This document shows positions 13,201 to 25,800 of a stretch of DNA of 64,000 nucleotides, piece by piece. The translations under genes and the position numbers were made by a program. Location of the stretch: NCBI GenBank assembly GCA_026770705.1, contig JANJGN010000026.1, forward strand, positions 35,402,001-35,466,000, written 5' to 3'. Position 1 is the stretch's first letter. The number at the start of each line of letters is the position of its first letter. The stretch is from Isurus oxyrinchus. Its lineage: Eukaryota. The notes beneath the pieces are model-generated. The model saw nothing but the letters and a program-made list of their open reading frames with translations, made no database searches and had not been told where the DNA came from.

Positions 13201-14608
13201 TTTGATTTCCTATAGGCCTGAGAAAAGAAATCAGCAGCATTCCACATCTCTCTGGGAAGTTGAAGCCGGCAGGGCCTCTTTTTTCTGGACAAAAGGGAAA
13301 CACTGGGAAAATTAATAGAAACCTTTCAAACAATGAGCGGTTTTAGTCTGGTGAAATTGTTTATTTGTGGCTGAGTCCAAAGCAATGGACTATCAAAATA
13401 TTAACAGGACAAAGAAGAATATTAAGACAAATAAATTTTAACAAAGACAAGTCAGAGTATGGAACTTGCTGTCCAAGGGAGTGCGTGCAGATATTACTGA
13501 TATATTTACGGCACAGACCGACCCAGGGAGCTGGATGGAAATGGTCAGTTAAGTTTCGGTGGGGATTAGGTTGGAATTGAGTCTATGCACAGGTTGAATG
13601 GCCCATTCCTCTTTTGCGTTCTTTTTCCTCCATAATGTAAAATTGAGGGAAAACTCCGCCCAGTGAACCCGGGAAAGAATCAGTTAACGTACGGAAAGAA
13701 TTGAAATTGTTAGAGAGCCGGAAGAGGCAGTTCCCAGTGAGTAACAGTAAAACCACTGCGGAAACTGAACAGACTGAACCCAACAGACAACTGAGAGAGT
13801 TTGGGACAAGTTCCCACGATTGCAAAAAGGGCAAACAGCACAAAGTAAATGTGAAAAAAGGAAATGTGAAATAAAGTAAATAAAATAAAATTAATTGTAA
13901 ATATTTCAAATGAACTAAACTACAGAAAATTGGACCCTATTGATAAAACTTAGAGAAATAGAGCACCAGGCCGAGAGAAATTCCCGAGCACTTATAAGCC
14001 GCAGGAAATGATTGACCTTTGGCCACTGATGTTTACTCTCGCTTTGGCCCAATTGGTGCTGATGATTCCCATCGGTTTGTGTTGGGTCTTGCTGTGATGC
14101 CACACAGCTGTATTTCTCTCTAACAAACATTTTTTTTTGGAAATCGGTTGCCTCATTGATCATAAAATATTCCCTCGGGTTTGTGTCTCACTAGGGATAA
14201 TACACACAGGGATGTAATTTTATTCATAGAATTATCCGGCCCGTCGTGTATGCGCCGACGCATTAGAAGTGCAAACCAATTGTTCCCACGGCCCATTAAC
14301 TTTCTCCATCGCTCTATATTTTTATTTACATTTCCAGTACAGATCCATTACCTGCTTCAAAGTTACAATGGAATCTGTTCCCACCACCAATTCAAACGGT
14401 GCATTATTCATGAGGAGAATTCGCTATGGAAAAAAAAAATCACTTCATTCCCTACTTTATCATAGTTTAATAACAGTGAATACGGTTCAAACAGGCTTCA
14501 AAAAAATAAAATTACCACAAAAAGCAGAGCTATTCAAGCGATCGACAATTTCTCCTGGACAAACAGTGGATAAACAAAAAGATAATGTTCATTTTTTTGA
14601 TTCTCCAG

Positions 14609-14951
14609 ATTCCAGTTCCATGATTTCCCGAGATCTGCCAGTACAAACCTCTGCTGCCTGTGACACCGTTACTTTAAACTGCGAATATTCAGGGTTCTGT
14701 CCGTACACAGTACACTGGTATCGTCTGTCGCCCGGAAAGGCTCCGGAATATCTGCTTCAGAGACACACTTCAGGAGAGGAGAATAAAGAAAACGCCGTCG
14801 AGGGGAGAATTTCTGCTTCTATCGAATCTGTCGAGAAAATCAGCCGGTTAAAGATCTCCAATCTACAATGGAGCAACTCCGCTGTCTTACTGTGCACTGA
14901 GTCGGCGTGCAGCACAGTGATACAGAGAATGGAGAGAGCTGTAGAAAAGCC
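14609..14951 (+). other. Leaderless supporting TCR-delta V of NAR-TCR, copy 1, with 23-RSS (YYC changed to LLC by a 2-nt deletion)
   Basis: Acceptor TTCTCCAG at 14608, no leader exon seen; DSSSMISRD...VTLNCEYSGFCPYTVHWYR...SAVLLC with CDR1 Cys; CACAGTG(14913-14919)-23-AGAAAAGCC. Confidence 0.88.
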
Positions 14952-16777
14952 TGAACATGGTGGGATTACAGAAGGACCAACAGTAGCTGAATCTCCTTCA
15001 ACACTCGTGCAATAGCCTACGGGATGGTACCAACTGCTCTCAACACACAGCCCCCCTCCCTCCTCCCCACCCCGTGATGTTAACCTGGGTCCACCCGACA
15101 TCACCACCCCCACAGCCTCCCGGCCCGGGACCCTTACCCCCTTTCCCATTCTGTCAATATCGCCCTGTTTTCTCCTCCTGGATATTCAGGGATTTGTACC
15201 CTCCCCAATGCACCCAGCACCACATAATAAAGTCACGTCCTGTGTATTCACCGGCCTGATCCATCTCCCAGACAAGGGAGCAGCTTTGCCCAGAGATGGG
15301 GAGGGGGTGGGTAACATGGATCTTGTGATCGGGTTTAACCACGTGCAACACACGGAACAACGGGACAAGGTTGATTGTGGAAACCAGTAATTCGGTCATT
15401 GTGGATCATTCCACATCTTTTATTTATTTAATTTTCATTCTCTTTCCCTCCTCTGAACTGACTTAGATGTTAAGCCACGGAGTTAATTCATGTGTCAGTG
15501 ATGTAAACGGGATTTGGGGTGAGGAGCTGTCGTTGCGGGTCGGATGGGGGTGGGTGCGAGGGAGGGGGTGCCGATTGATTGGATCTATCCCAGAAAGTAG
15601 ATGCCAAACCTTGTGCATCGCGATTCCAATGGTCCCCCCCCCCACTCCCCCAAGGCTTTAACAGGCCTTTAATCACCAAGTCAGGCATTATTGAATGTGT
15701 GTCCGTGTATGCGTGTGTGTCTGTGTGTGCGTGTGCGTGTGTGTGTGTGTGTCTGTCTGTCTGTCTGTCAGTGTGTGTATGCACTAGCGGGGGAAGTTTC
15801 ACTTGAGCTGGGGGGTTGTGCACTGCACTGGTTAAGGGCTCCAGTCTCGAAATATTCGAAGCTTCAATGTCCCCAAAGTACAGGGTCAGTCAGGGTTCGG
15901 TGTTGGGGTCGTGGGATGGTACAGCCTGGACGGTGGGAACCATTAAGGACATAATAAATAGGAGCAGCATTGAGCAGTTCAATAAGATCATGACTGAGAT
16001 TTGACCTCAATGTCCTCTTGGCCTGTCCCAATATCATTGATCCCTTTAGCGCCACCTCCCAAAATATCTATCCATCACCAACTGAAAATCCAACAATCAC
16101 CATTTTGAATATGGGCAACTGCTGAACATCTTGAACCCTCTGGGCTGGAGAATTGCAAAGGCCTGCAGCCCTCTGAGTGAAGGGATATCTCAACTTAAGC
16201 CAAAATGGCCGACTTTTAACCCTGAGACGAGGACCAGAGTATTTAAAGTGCCATTTGAAGGTGTTAGTTGTTTTGTGTGTGTATGCGTGTGCCTGTGTCT
16301 GAATTCTAATGTTAAGGAGACTCCGTGAAATTAGAAGTCATGTTTATGTTGCATTGTGTAATGTGGCCCAAAACCCTATGCTCCATTAACCCAGGCAGCC
16401 ATATATTGCATCAAATATCGCAGTGTCGAGGAACAGTTGCCGATGGTGGGGTGGGGGATGTACATTGTCTTTGCTTCCAATTCTACTGAAACCCCACTTG
16501 CAGCATATTTGTAATGCGTTGAGAATTTCGTTTGAAAGTAAAAAAGAGGATTCTCCCCACCCTCTGCCTCGCTTGGATTTGTCAATTGGGAAATCGCGGC
16601 CATGATTTCTTATGGTGCGAAATGGAAGGAGAGCTGCGAATCATCTCCAAGATTGCAGGGTTTGAGGATTAACTGTTTAACCCAAGCAAACTGCAGAAAA
16701 TAACATTATGTGGTGGGACTTGGTGATCTGGCCAGAAGAGTGCCGAATGCCATTTGAAGTTTATTGGCGTGTCATTG

Positions 16778-16866
16778 AGTTTTCAGATGGAGTTTTGTCA
16801 TTGTGTATTCGAGTGTTTTTAGACCATTAATATTCGGAACAGGAACCAAACTGACCGAGGAACTTA
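16778..16866 (+). other. Isolated TCR J segment (J-delta/alpha-like) with 12-RSS
   Basis: AGTTTTCAG-12-CATTGTG(16799-16805); YSSVFRPLIFGTGTKLTEEL with FGxG motif; phase-1 donor A|GTGAGT. Confidence 0.85.
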
Positions 16867-16979
16867 GTGAGTATAACCTGTTGGTATCTATTTGAGAAGA
16901 CTCATTCGGCAAACAGAAATTATTGCAAAAAGTGGGGGCGGGGGGCAGTGAATTTCAAACTGCCGTCCAGAATGATGAG

Positions 16980-17850
16980 CCTGGGGAATTTATTTGCAGG
17001 GTGGGGGGGGGGGGGGGGTGGTAATTTGTGGAGGGGAGAATTTGGGCCTGGGGGGTAAATTTGCGGGGGGTAAATTTGCATGGTGTGGAATTTGCAGGGT
17101 GACAGAATCTGCAGGGGGAATTTACACAGGTGGAAAATTGCGGGGAGAGAGAATTTGCACGGGGGGAAACTTGCACATGGGGGAAATTTGCATGGGTTGA
17201 ATTTGTGGGTGTGGAATTTGCACAGGAGGGAATTTGCCGGGCGGGAAGACATTTGTACAAGGAGAAATTTAAGGTGGGGGAAATTTTCACAGCAGAAAAT
17301 TTGTGAGGGGGGAGTTTGCACAGAGGGAAAATCGCACTAGGGAATTTGCAGCGGGGAGATAATCTGGAGGGGTAAATTTGCAGTGGCAAACTTGCAAGTT
17401 GGGAAATTTGCAGGGGGAAATTTTTCAGGGGGAGTAAATTTGCATGGGGGAGAAATTTGCGGGAGGTGGAAATTTGCACAGGGCCAATTTGCGGGGAGAG
17501 AATTTTTCATGGGGGGAAACTGTGGTGCTGGAAAGGAGAATAGAACCTACAGGGGCTGAATATGCGGAGGGGAATTTGTGGGGAAGTAAGTTTGCACAGT
17601 TTGTAATTTGCACAGAGCGGAATGTGCGGGAGGAGGTCGAAATTGTGGATGTGGTATTTGCACATGAGGGAATTTGCATAGGGTGGAAGTTGCAGGTGGG
17701 GGAAATTTGCACATGGAGGATTTTGCCGGGGGGGAGGGTGGATTTGTGGGGTGGAAAGAACCTGCAAGGGGGATTTTGCACTGGTGGAAAACTGCGGGGA
17801 GGGGGACTTTGCAAGGGCGAGAATTTGCAGGGGCGTAAATCTGTGGGAGA
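16980..17850 (+). repeat. G-rich degenerate tandem array (GGGGAAATTTGCA units)
   Basis: Dozens of G-run/AATTTGC(A/G) units. Confidence 0.9.
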
Positions 17851-18570
17851 GAAAGAAAAAATAGAGATAGAAGAAAGAGGAAAAGAGACATAGAAGGAGA
17901 GACAGAGAAAGAAGAAAGAGAAAGAGAGAGACAGAGAGAAAGGGAGAGAGAGACAGAGAGAAAGAAAGAGAGAGACAGAGGAAAAGAGACAGAGAGAGAA
18001 GATGCTCAATTGAAAGAGAGAGAAAGAAGCAGAAAGGCAGAGAAAACTATAGACATGTCCTGAAATAGACGTGCATCTGACGAATGAGGGCTTGTGGTGT
18101 GACCAGCAAGAGGGTTAGGGTGTGACAAACGGAATAATAAATTAGGTGGGTTGTCGGAAGGATAAGTTGTTGGATGAACAGATGGGCAGAAGGATGGACA
18201 GAAGGATGGATGGACGGACGGGTGGATGGACGGATGGATGGACGGATGGATGGATGGATGGGTGGATGGATGGATGGATGGATGGATGGATCGATGCACG
18301 ATGGATGGCCGGATGGATGCATGCACAGATGGATGTATGGGCGGATGGACTTATGGATGGGTGGGCGGGTGGACAGATGGACTGAAGGAAGGAGGGACAG
18401 GTGGATGGGCGGATGGATGGATGGATGGAGAGGAGGATGGATGGATGGGTGGATGAATGAAAGGGGAGATGGATAGAAGGGCGGCCTGATGCATTAATGG
18501 ATGGCTGGATGTGCGGGCGGATGCAAAGGGGTGAAAGTGAATGACGGCTGGATAGATGGATGGACCTAAT
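17850..18570 (+). repeat. (AG)-rich tract followed by (GGAT)n microsatellite
   Basis: Direct inspection. Confidence 0.9.
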
Positions 18571-18699
18571 TAATTGTTCATTTTAATTTAGATGAAGCTT
18601 ACAACTGCTTTCCTTAAACTTCGGTACTTGGGCCAGTGATGTATGCATAATAATTATTTGTAAACCGTAATCCAATAAGCATATTAATGTAATAACTTA

Positions 18700-19590
18700 T
18701 CCCTGGTATAGCTGGTTCAGGCTTTGCAGATGACGGGGATCTCGCTTTGTAATAAACAATGGGGCAAATGTAACAAACTTCAGGAGGACATGGACATTTC
18801 AATTTGCCTGGACTGTATCAGATGGTATTTGTGAAATGATGCATTTTGGTGGGAATAATGAGGATATCCGATATAAACTAAATGATACAATTTGATCAGA
18901 GCTGTAGGAACAGAGAGATGGATACGGTGCAATGTGCTCAAAACTTTGAAGTTGGCAGTGATGGCTGAGAATCCTGTAAAGAACATTTTAAGTTCTTGCT
19001 TTTATCAAGAGGAAAAAGATGCTCTGCTAAACATTTCTACAAAGCTGGTAAGGTCTCAGTTGGACTGTTATCTACGAATATCTGAACCACACACGATAAA
19101 TGATTTGAGGGTCTTGGAGAAGGTGCGGGAGTGATTTACTTGGAAGGCACAACTGATGAGGGGCTTTAGCTTTGTGGTGAGACTGGAGAATCTGTGGCTG
19201 TTCTCTGTACAACATAAAAGATTGGGAGGAGATTTGTTTGCGATATTGACGATTATTAACTGTTTTAGTTGAATAAATGAGGGAAGTTGCATCTAGTGGT
19301 GGAAAGCTCCATAATCAGAGGACTTGGATTTAAGTTCATTTACAAAAGAATCAGAGGGAATCCGAGCAGCCATGTATTTGCACTCTGAGTTGTTGTGCTG
19401 CGGAATAAGCTGCTGGATAAGTTGGTGGAAGCAGCTTCAATATCAAATGTCAAAAACATAATTGGGTAACTGCTTGAAATGGGAAACTTTGCAAGGCAAA
19501 GGGGAGCAAACAGTGGAGTGGGAACAATTTGGTGCCCCTACCAAAGAGGCTACATAGACATGATGTGCTGTATGGCCTCATTCGATGATG
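18700..19590 (+). mobile_element. Degenerate CR1 LINE 3' part
   Basis: GCTTTGCAGATGAC (FADD), TGTGAAATGATGCATTTTGG, GGTCTTGGAGAAGGTGCGG; stops and frameshifts. Confidence 0.7.
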
Positions 19591-19675
19591 GTGCGATGAA
19601 GGAAACGAACAAGCATTCATTGATGTCTCTAGGACCTAAACATCCATTTGTATTCTGTTCATTGAATATTCGAAG

Positions 19676-20019
19676 GTCTGTGATGCTCAAATATAATTAA
19701 GCAACCTGCATCATCAGTATTATGTATAGTGGAAGGACATATGGTGTTGTCCTGTTCATACTACACGGACAGCCGCTGATATGATCTGTTCTAGTACAGA
19801 CAAAGAACGGGGGAGGCGCCGGTGCTTTGAATCAAAATGAATTCTGAGGGAGGGCAGAAAGCAGGGCGTGTTGGAGGCCGAGTCTATTCAATACCCCGAG
19901 TATCTGACCGTTTTTTCAGCTTACCCCTGACAGATGTTGAGCTGAGTGCCAGTGGGATTTACTACTGTGTGCTGAATATTCGCAGTGATACAAACTAATA
20001 CAGGCCCTGTACGGAAACT
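19676..20019 (+). pseudogene. TCR V pseudogene (no leader found) with mutated 23-RSS
   Basis: IKQPASSVLCIVEGHMVLSCSYYTDSR*YDLF*YRQRTGEAPVL*...SGIYYCVLNI; CGCAGTG(19981-19987)-23-ACGGAAACT. Confidence 0.85.
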
Positions 20020-22497
20020 ATCGGCGGGTTGCCATACAACCTCAATGATGGGAGTTCAGTGTGTGAACTCTGAATCTTCGCCTCTGAAAGAACCAGTAAC
20101 TTCCGATTGGAAACAGTGAAAGTAGAGCCTGTTATAGGGAAAGCGAAAGTCAAGGAAAGTAGAAAGAAAGAGAAAAAGTGAGAGACAGAGAGAGAGAAAG
20201 AGAGGAAAATATGCCGAGACACTGAAAGATACAGAGGATGGAGACAAAGATTGACGCAGAGAGCAGAAAGTGTGTGAATGAGAGAGAGAAAGAGAGAGGG
20301 AGGGTGAGACTGCGAGAGACAACGGAGGGAGGCACAGGCAAAGCCAGACATTTAAATGGGGAAGGAGAAAGCAATTGACAAAGCGTGAGAGGGGCAGACA
20401 GAGAAAGGGACAGATATAGAAAGATATAGAGGCAGAAAGAAACAGACAGACAAGGAGAGAGAGAGAGTCCGCAGCTTATTCTATAAAACCCTCAGGTTCA
20501 GTTATTGATTTCCAGCTAATTGTGCTTTAATTTTGTCCCATTGTGTGATTTCAATGTGACTAAATCCGGTTCTACTGATCAACGGACATCGAGCTGTCGG
20601 CAACCGCACTGCAGAAACCACTCGTTTTACTGTGATGTTTGAAATAAGGAAACTGAACAGTGAAAACGGTTAAAAGCTGCACGTTTCTCAGGCACTGGGG
20701 TTAGAAGGTTAGAAAAGTGTGTTATTGAGAGCGGCAGTTTCTAGCATTCCCCCTCACCTCCTTTTATTTATTAGTTGTTGTTATTGAACTATGAGAAAAT
20801 GGGGAGATGTAACACAGAAATAGAAGGGGTTCATACACTCGCCCATTTTATGTCATTGCTTTGTTAAACACTACTGTATTTAATGTTTTTAATCAATTGC
20901 CTTCAATTAAATCCCATTTGTCTTCAAACACCAATTTTCCAAGATTGCCTTTTAAACCCCTCAACTCATCCCTCATTGTCACACACTCTGCCAAAATGTC
21001 TTTGTTTACATAAATTGCTCGTTATTTCCCTGTCAGTCCAACATTCTCTCTTTCTGTGTATCTGAATCTCTCCCTCTCGGCATCTCTCTCCATCGGAAAA
21101 ACCTATCTCTGCATCTGAAGACATTATATTCCTGTATAGGAACAGGAGGAGGCCATTCAGCCCCTCCAGTCTGCTCGACATTTACTAAGAGAATCTTTGA
21201 TCTGCCCAAGAACTTCAGTACCTTACCTCCATTTTCCTTAATCAACAAAAGTGGGAGCAGCACTGGTAAAGAAACTCGCAGAAATGGAGTTCAAACGCAC
21301 ATGAGCATTCATGTATTCAATTTTATGTTAATTTTCTCAATCACTGGACCATCCTGCTTCACTGGAATTACCTGCCCAGCGTTCAGTCAACTAGATGATT
21401 AGTTGGTTTCAAAACTTATTCTACCCCTAACCCCATCTCAAAGCATTACTACGTTATGGTCAGCAATGCCCAGATGTTCTTCTGGCTTTACTTCTCACCC
21501 TAATTTGTTTCACTCCCCGTTACCTTGCTGTTCTTCGTTTTTTGCATTTTGCTTTATAAAGACAACAGTGCACCCTGTGGGAACTCTATTCCCTTAGCCC
21601 CTTTACATACTTCTGGTGAAGTAATACTAGGTAGTGCACGCACTATTATTAATATTCTGTTTACTATATTCCTTAATTTGTCTGCATATTTCTTTCTTCA
21701 ACTCCCTTCAAGACGCAAATCAATTCAGAGATAGAGATATGGAAATAAAGAGCTACAGAGTGACACAAAGACACTCAAAGAGAGCGAGAAAAATGGAAAA
21801 GGAGAGAGAGAGAGAGACACTGAGAGAGAGAAGGTCCAAATACTGAGTTTTAATATAACAGTTAACACTGCGCTCAGGTTGCGAATTCAGTCCCATCTTC
21901 CGGCTCTGATTTGCAATAGAGAAAGAAAAAAAGCATGCATTTATAAAGCGCCTTTCATGACATCAGAACTTTACAAAACACTTAACAGTCAAAAAAGGCT
22001 CTAGAGTGTCTTTATGTGGGAAACATGACAGGCAATTTACACACGGAAAGCTTCCATAAACAACAAGGTGAGAATGACCTGGTGATCTACTTCTGTGATG
22101 TTGATTTGGGGGCGGGGGTGGTGTTGGTTGGGTAGGAGGGGGGGGGATGAAAATTGATATACAACCTGTCAGTCAGTCATCGAAGCTACCATTTCCACTC
22201 ATGCCTCGCAGAGATGTAAATTCCTGCGCATGTTTCAGATGGTTCCCTCATGTAACTCGACTGTTCACGCGGAGGGTGTGTTGTGTCCCATACTATGTGG
22301 TCCAGGATTTATGAAGTTACTGTTGTGGGCCTGAGACTCTGTTGTTATTGTGTTTCTTATTTTGATAACATGTTGCCTTACCTGTTTGACACCGATATTC
22401 ATGACCATTCAACCCACTGAGGAAATGGGGCCCTTGTTTCAGGATCCACCGGGCATCATGGTGAGTTATGGAGGCAGTGTAATCCCCACCATGTTCA

Positions 22498-22835
22498 TGT
22501 ATTTGTACAGATGTCTCCATGCTCTGTATCACCGCGCTATGCGTCGACTCAGTGCACAGTAATACACAGCGGAGTCGCTCAGTTGTAGTTTGGAGATCAT
22601 TAACTGGTTACTTTTCTCGGCCGAATTGATAGAAGCAGAAATTTTCCCCTGGCAGCGTTTTCTTTCTTCTCCTCTCCTGAAATGTGTCGCTCAAGCAGGT
22701 ATTCCTGTCCTGGAGATTGACAGTACCAGTGTACTGTGTACCGACAGAACCCTGAGTATTCACAGTTTAAAGTAACGGGGTCACCGGCAGCAGAGGCTTG
22801 GAAATGCGGACTCTGGGATACCAGAGAACTGGAAT
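22498..22835 (-). pseudogene. Supporting TCR-delta V, copy 2 (pseudogene)
   Basis: Acceptor TACAG before 22835; DSSSLVSQSPHFQ...LNCEYSGFCRYTVHWYC; 6-nt deletion in FR2 and 1-nt frameshift in FR3; DSAVYYCALS; heptamer mutated to CGCGGTG-23-ACAAATACA. Confidence 0.9.
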
Positions 22836-25800
22836 CTGTAGGGTCAAAAATAAACATTATTTGTCAGCGTAACCACTGTTTGCCCGGGGGAATTTGTTAA
22901 TAGCTCTTGATTTTGCGGTTTTCTTCACTTGGTGCCTGTTCGAACTGTATTCACGGTTATTAAATGTGGTCAAGATGATACATGAGGATGATAATTTATT
23001 TTGCAGAGCAAGTTATTCACATCTGGAATGCACGGTGAAAATGTGTGATAGGAGCAGATTCAACAGTAACTTTCAAAAGGATGATGGATCTGTGCTGGAA
23101 CAGGGATAAATGCATGTCTACGGGGAAAATGTCTGGTTAACGGGGACAATTGGATTGCACTTTTAAAGGGGCAGCCAATGCGCAAGTGCCTGAATGTCAT
23201 CCTTCCGTGTTGGATGTTTCTGTGATGTATATTAAATTTCTGTTTGTATTTTCTTTGGTGAGAGACAAACCCGAAGGAATGTCTTATTATCAATGACGTA
23301 ATCAATTACCAAAAATAGTTAATCGGTAGCGACACAGCTGCGTTGCATCACTGCACACAGCAAGTTCCAACAAAAAGCGATGAGCTTAATGATCCGATTG
23401 GGCCAAACTGATAGTGAACATCAATGGTCAAAGGTCAATTATTTACTGCAGTTTAACACTGCTCTGGAGTTTCAATCTGCCGTTCCTTCCATTTCCCTAT
23501 TTTCATCCATCAACAGGGTCTAATTTATTCCATTTCCATTTAACTTGACATCTTTACATTCAGTTCCCCTTCATTTTTACATTTCCATTGTGCTGTTCGC
23601 GCTTCTTACAATCGTGGGAACTTGTCCCAAAGTCTCTCAGTTGTCGGTTTGTTTCAGTCTGTTCAGTTTCCACAGTGGTTTTACTGTTACTCACTGGGAA
23701 CTGCTTCTTCCGGCTCTCTGACAATTTAAGTTCTTTCCGCCCATTGACTGATTCTGTCCCGGGAGCTCTGGGCAGAGATTTCACTAGGTTTTACATTGTA
23801 CAGGATATGCAGAAGATGAAAACGCTATTCGGTCCAACTGAGTAATGGTGAAATGATGATTCCAGCAAGCAATGTTTGATTTCCAGGTCTGGATAATTCA
23901 GAGTTTCCAGTTCCAGTGATAAAACATGAAGCCACACTCAGAGGGACAATGAAATGGGTGTGGACACTGTGTTTGGGACATGGTTTAAAGTTCACACTCA
24001 CTGCCTTGGTGAAATCTTGTCATTGTGTATAAACTGCCCTGGATCAAACAACACGTTCTGTTGAAATAAGCCTTGCTCCTGGAAACTGAAGGGGAGTAGG
24101 ACATGTGGCTGCTGAATAATCCAGGCAGCTACCCAAAGGGCAGAAAATGGCCTAGGAACGACTTCAGGAGCACAGGCCTCACACGGTTTCGGCCGAACGT
24201 ACATCACTCAAACGTGGTCGATTGTTGAATCGACCTTTGAGTAGCTCCCGATGAGCTGCCGCTGATCCCCGATGTGCAATCGGAGACATAAACCTCATCT
24301 GATTCATCGGAAAAGAAAAGAAAGATCTACAAAGACCTTTCTGCTTCATACACAAGTTTTGCACGTTAAATATTGTCCAAATTCTTTCCGATTTTGAATA
24401 CTACTGCCCTGAAACAGCGCAGAACAGCGCATGACATAAACATGTTTTGCCTCAGATCTACCACAAATACAATTTGTATTTTAAAACACATTTAACCAAA
24501 TGAGATGTCCCTTCAGCAGGTAGTGGCAGTGATCTGCGTGCAACATGAATTCTGAGAGGCCGATGTGGCCGATTACACGAGTCATCGTCTGCAATGTGGG
24601 AACACTGATACATATTGCTATCATTATTACTAATACTCAGATTGTGGTAGCTTAAATTTAGGAGACCAAGGTTCTGTAAAAGTAATCGTACGGTGAAGGA
24701 TTAATTGAATGATTTTCAATCAGTATTTGTTTGCAAAACAAGAACATAATTTCTTCTATCAACAGGTTTCATTTTTCTCCTTTACCTGTATTTTTATATA
24801 TTTACATTTAGTTTCATTTTATTTTTCCATTTCCTTTGTACTGTTTGCACATCTTGCATGGGAAGGTAGCAATCGTGGGAACTTGTCCCAAATTCTTTCA
24901 GTTGTCGGTTGGATTCAGTCTGTTCAGTTTCTGCAGTGGTTTTACTGTTACTTACTGGGAACTGCCTCGTCCGCCCTTCGGACAATTGCAAATTTCTTCC
25001 GCCCATTGACTGATTGACGGGCTGTCTGATTGGAGTTTTCCCTAAGTTTTACTTTACACAGAATCTGCCTGAAGAGGAATAATCCATTCGGCTCAAATGA
25101 TTTATCCCTGTGTATTTACTGCAGACCAGCCCCCATCTGCCTGAAATCTAATTGTCAAATTCTAGTCAGCTCCCAGTGCCAGTCTGTTCCGTTCTCCCTT
25201 CTGTATTTTCAAGTATTCCCATAATTGTATCAATACTATTTGCTCCAACCACTCCCTGAGCAGCAAGTTCCACATTTTGATCTGCCTGTTTTTACACATC
25301 TTTTTCATCGTGTCTTTATTTGTTCTGTTTTTGACTATCTTATGTTAATGGCACTAGCTTCACCCACAATAAACGGCTATTCCACAAATACTCCAATGAA
25401 CCCGTCCATTGCTTAAACAATTTCTATGAATTCTCCTCCTATTTCTCTGTTCTCCAGATACAAGAGACCCGGCCTGTTCAACCTCTGCACAAAGAGGTGG
25501 ATTGTTCCTGATTTCTTTTCTCAGAGGTGTAACAGATCAAAGCAGTTAATATAACAAACAGAAGCACGAGCGACCATGTTACCTTTCAAAACTTTTCCAC
25601 CATTCAGTAATAGCCTGACTCATTCTCGATCTCAACATCGTTTTGGCGCAATGTCCCCATATCCATTGATTCTTTTAGCATCCCAAAATTCATTGAACAC
25701 TTCCTTTAATACACTCAACTACAGCTCTCTGAGGTAGAGAATGTCACAGATTCACAACAATGATTTCACTGAATAAATTTCTCTTCTTCTCATTTCTCAT

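Noticed and set aside
14269-14608. N-terminal extension of the 248-aa ORF as a leader for the supporting V
   Set aside because: Intronic read-through with no hydrophobic signal peptide; a clear acceptor at 14608 is conserved in copy 2
15890-15965. Possible D-delta (GTGGGATGG) between the supporting V and the orphan J
   Set aside because: No CAC heptamer or acceptable nonamer on either side
16920-18476. Multiple ORFs in the G-rich, AG and GGAT tracts
   Set aside because: Simple-repeat artefacts
23955-24015. J-like text GACACTGTGTTTGGGACATGG...GGTGAAAT
   Set aside because: FGxG needs a frameshift and there is no correctly spaced nonamer; likely chance
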